Origin: a virus
Taxonomy: Duplodnaviria > Caudoviricetes
Length of the DNA stretch: 37,951 nt
Strand: one strand, 5' to 3'
Virus record (IMG/VR): IMGVR_UViG_3300036985_007727
Location: 1-37,951 of that record
Shown here piece by piece: positions 36,545 to 37,951 of this stretch. Below the pieces are notes generated by a model that was not told where the DNA came from, ran no database searches, and worked only from the letters and a program-made list of their open reading frames with translations. How positions within the stretch are numbered: the stretch's first letter is position 1; each line of letters opens with the position of its first letter. Made by a program: the position numbers and the translations under genes.

Positions 36545-37366
36545 ATGACAACCAAAGCTGTATCCTTGGCAGAATCATTATTTGGAGATGTTGAAGCCAG
36601 AAACCTATTTGTAAAGGTTGAAGTTGACGAACAACGCATCTCCGTTTCATACGAATATGACAATAAGAGATCGAAACCTGCTGATTTTGGTAGCAAAAAG
36701 AAATTAAATGGTTCTGTTATAGCGTATGCGGCATCAGTCAATAAAAATAAAAACCTTGGCCCGTGTTTTGATGCATATATTGTAGATCAATCAAGGGTTA
36801 ACAAAAAAGGTGGATATGGTAATTTGCTTTATTATCTCACATTGCATTTTGCTGGAGATAAAGGAATCACCGCAGATCGTATCTTAAGTTCTATGGAAGC
36901 TGTTAATTCATGGAATCGTTTATATGCCGATTCTGAAGTGGTAAAAAAACCTTTAGATGATTTTTATGATCCTAAAACACCACCACCTGAAGATGATTGT
37001 AACCTTGCTTCATCTGGGATTTATGGCGATACGACAGAAGAGCCTGAATCTGTAAAATCAAGACATGCCCAGTCTTCTTATTCTTGGAATGTAAGTTTGG
37101 CAGATGAAAAATATAGAGCAATAAAAGGTTCAAAATTAAACTATGTTTATGTTGCCGACTCAAGTGATTTAATTGATTATTTTACTTCAATAAACATACC
37201 AGTTGCAGTAAATGGAAAACAACCAGAATTTAAAGACGAACCAACACTCACTCTAACCTCTCCCGAAAGTGATATTTCTGATTTTGAAAAAATGTTTGCA
37301 TCTTATATGAAAGAAACCCGTAAACCCAAGAAAATTTCTTTATCAAGTATAATTTTTAACAGATAA
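36545..37366 (+). CDS. GNAT-fold acetyltransferase-like protein
   Basis: V....GGYGNLLY...L......GITADR...S.EA...W..L resembles the GNAT acetyl-CoA-binding motif A/B. Confidence 0.55.
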   Translation: MTTKAVSLAESLFGDVEARNLFVKVEVDEQRISVSYEYDNKRSKPADFGSKKKLNGSVIAYAASVNKNKNLGPCFDAYIVDQSRVNKKGGYGNLLYYLTLHFAGDKGITADRILSSMEAVNSWNRLYADSEVVKKPLDDFYDPKTPPPEDDCNLASSGIYGDTTEEPESVKSRHAQSSYSWNVSLADEKYRAIKGSKLNYVYVADSSDLIDYFTSINIPVAVNGKQPEFKDEPTLTLTSPESDISDFEKMFASYMKETRKPKKISLSSIIFNR

Positions 37367-37367
37367 A

Positions 37368-37951
37368 TTACACGTATGGATTTGGCAACATAAGTCTATC
37401 CCTTTCAGGATAACCTTTTACAACCACTATGTTTCTTATTTTACTGGGATTAAATAATACAAACCATACTTCCCCACCGCCCTGTGTTGTAAACACTCCA
37501 TCAATTCCTTTACTTAAGAAAAACCTAACAATTTCAAGTCCTGCTTGCCCCGCACCAGCTTCATGATTGATGATAAGGTTATTTAAAACATCAGCAGGAA
37601 TTTGTTCTATATTTCCTCGTCTTTCAGAATAACGCTGCAAATCAGATATTATTAAATCTCGTTTTGGTAGCCGTTTCACACCTTTTAAGAATTGGATTAC
37701 TTCTTCTAGGTTTAATTCAGCTCTGGGATCATTTGTATGGACAATATCTTTATCGATATCAAACAAATGCACCACACGCCCACCACCCGCATAGCTTTTT
37801 GCAGTTTCAAAATTATTGGTTAGGTTAATACCAATACCACTTTCATATCGGCCTTGTTTAACTGATTTTAATCCTGTAGGTATAGAAGTCATCTTCTTGC
37901 CGCCATGATACATTTGGAATGTACCAGAATCTGGGTTCTGAGCAACAGCTT
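37368..37951 (-). CDS. ADP-ribosyltransferase-fold protein; start lies beyond the window
   Basis: MYHGG, G.GINLT....A.SYA, GIDG and GE.W.VLFNP..I motifs. The frame is open to the window end (...AVAQNPDSGTFQMYHG). Confidence 0.65.
   Translation of the reverse strand, partial: AVAQNPDSGTFQMYHGGKKMTSIPTGLKSVKQGRYESGIGINLTNNFETAKSYAGGGRVVHLFDIDKDIVHTNDPRAELNLEEVIQFLKGVKRLPKRDLIISDLQRYSERRGNIEQIPADVLNNLIINHEAGAGQAGLEIVRFFLSKGIDGVFTTQGGGEVWFVLFNPSKIRNIVVVKGYPERDRLMLPNPYV

Noticed and set aside
1-37951. Stop-codon reassignment, tRNA or rRNA genes
   Set aside because: Genes are full length in code 11 with TAA, TAG and TGA all used as stops. No tRNA or rRNA was recognised by eye.

Overview
This is an AT-rich, gene-dense segment of a large (probably jumbo, T4-like) tailed-phage genome read in the standard genetic code. 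Positions 1-15338 are a mostly minus-strand replication and nucleotide module: an intein-containing nrdB (partial, missed by the ORF track), a DnaB/gp41 helicase, a 5'-3' exonuclease, dUTPase, RecA/UvsX with a 138-aa mini-intein, a gp32-like SSB, a minimal family-A polymerase, three glycosyltransferases, a Cas4-like nuclease, an IMPDH/GMPR and a primase-polymerase that appears to hide a separately promoted C-terminal gene. Positions 15521-21509 are a plus-strand virion or fibre cluster with a HAEG-repeat fibre and three tandem paralogues. Next come a PIN-PhoH gene carrying two class-3-type inteins, a degenerate GroEL, YkgJ- and YkuK-family genes, two convergent peptidoglycan hydrolases, an HNH gene, and a cluster of ART- and GNAT-like putative head-packaged effectors. 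The most striking unannotated element is a ~262-bp protein-free IS200/IS605 derivative at ~36007-36268. It keeps both transposon-end hairpins and an apparently complete TnpB omegaRNA scaffold, and it interrupts a phage gene. All calls come from motif recognition by eye; no searches were run.
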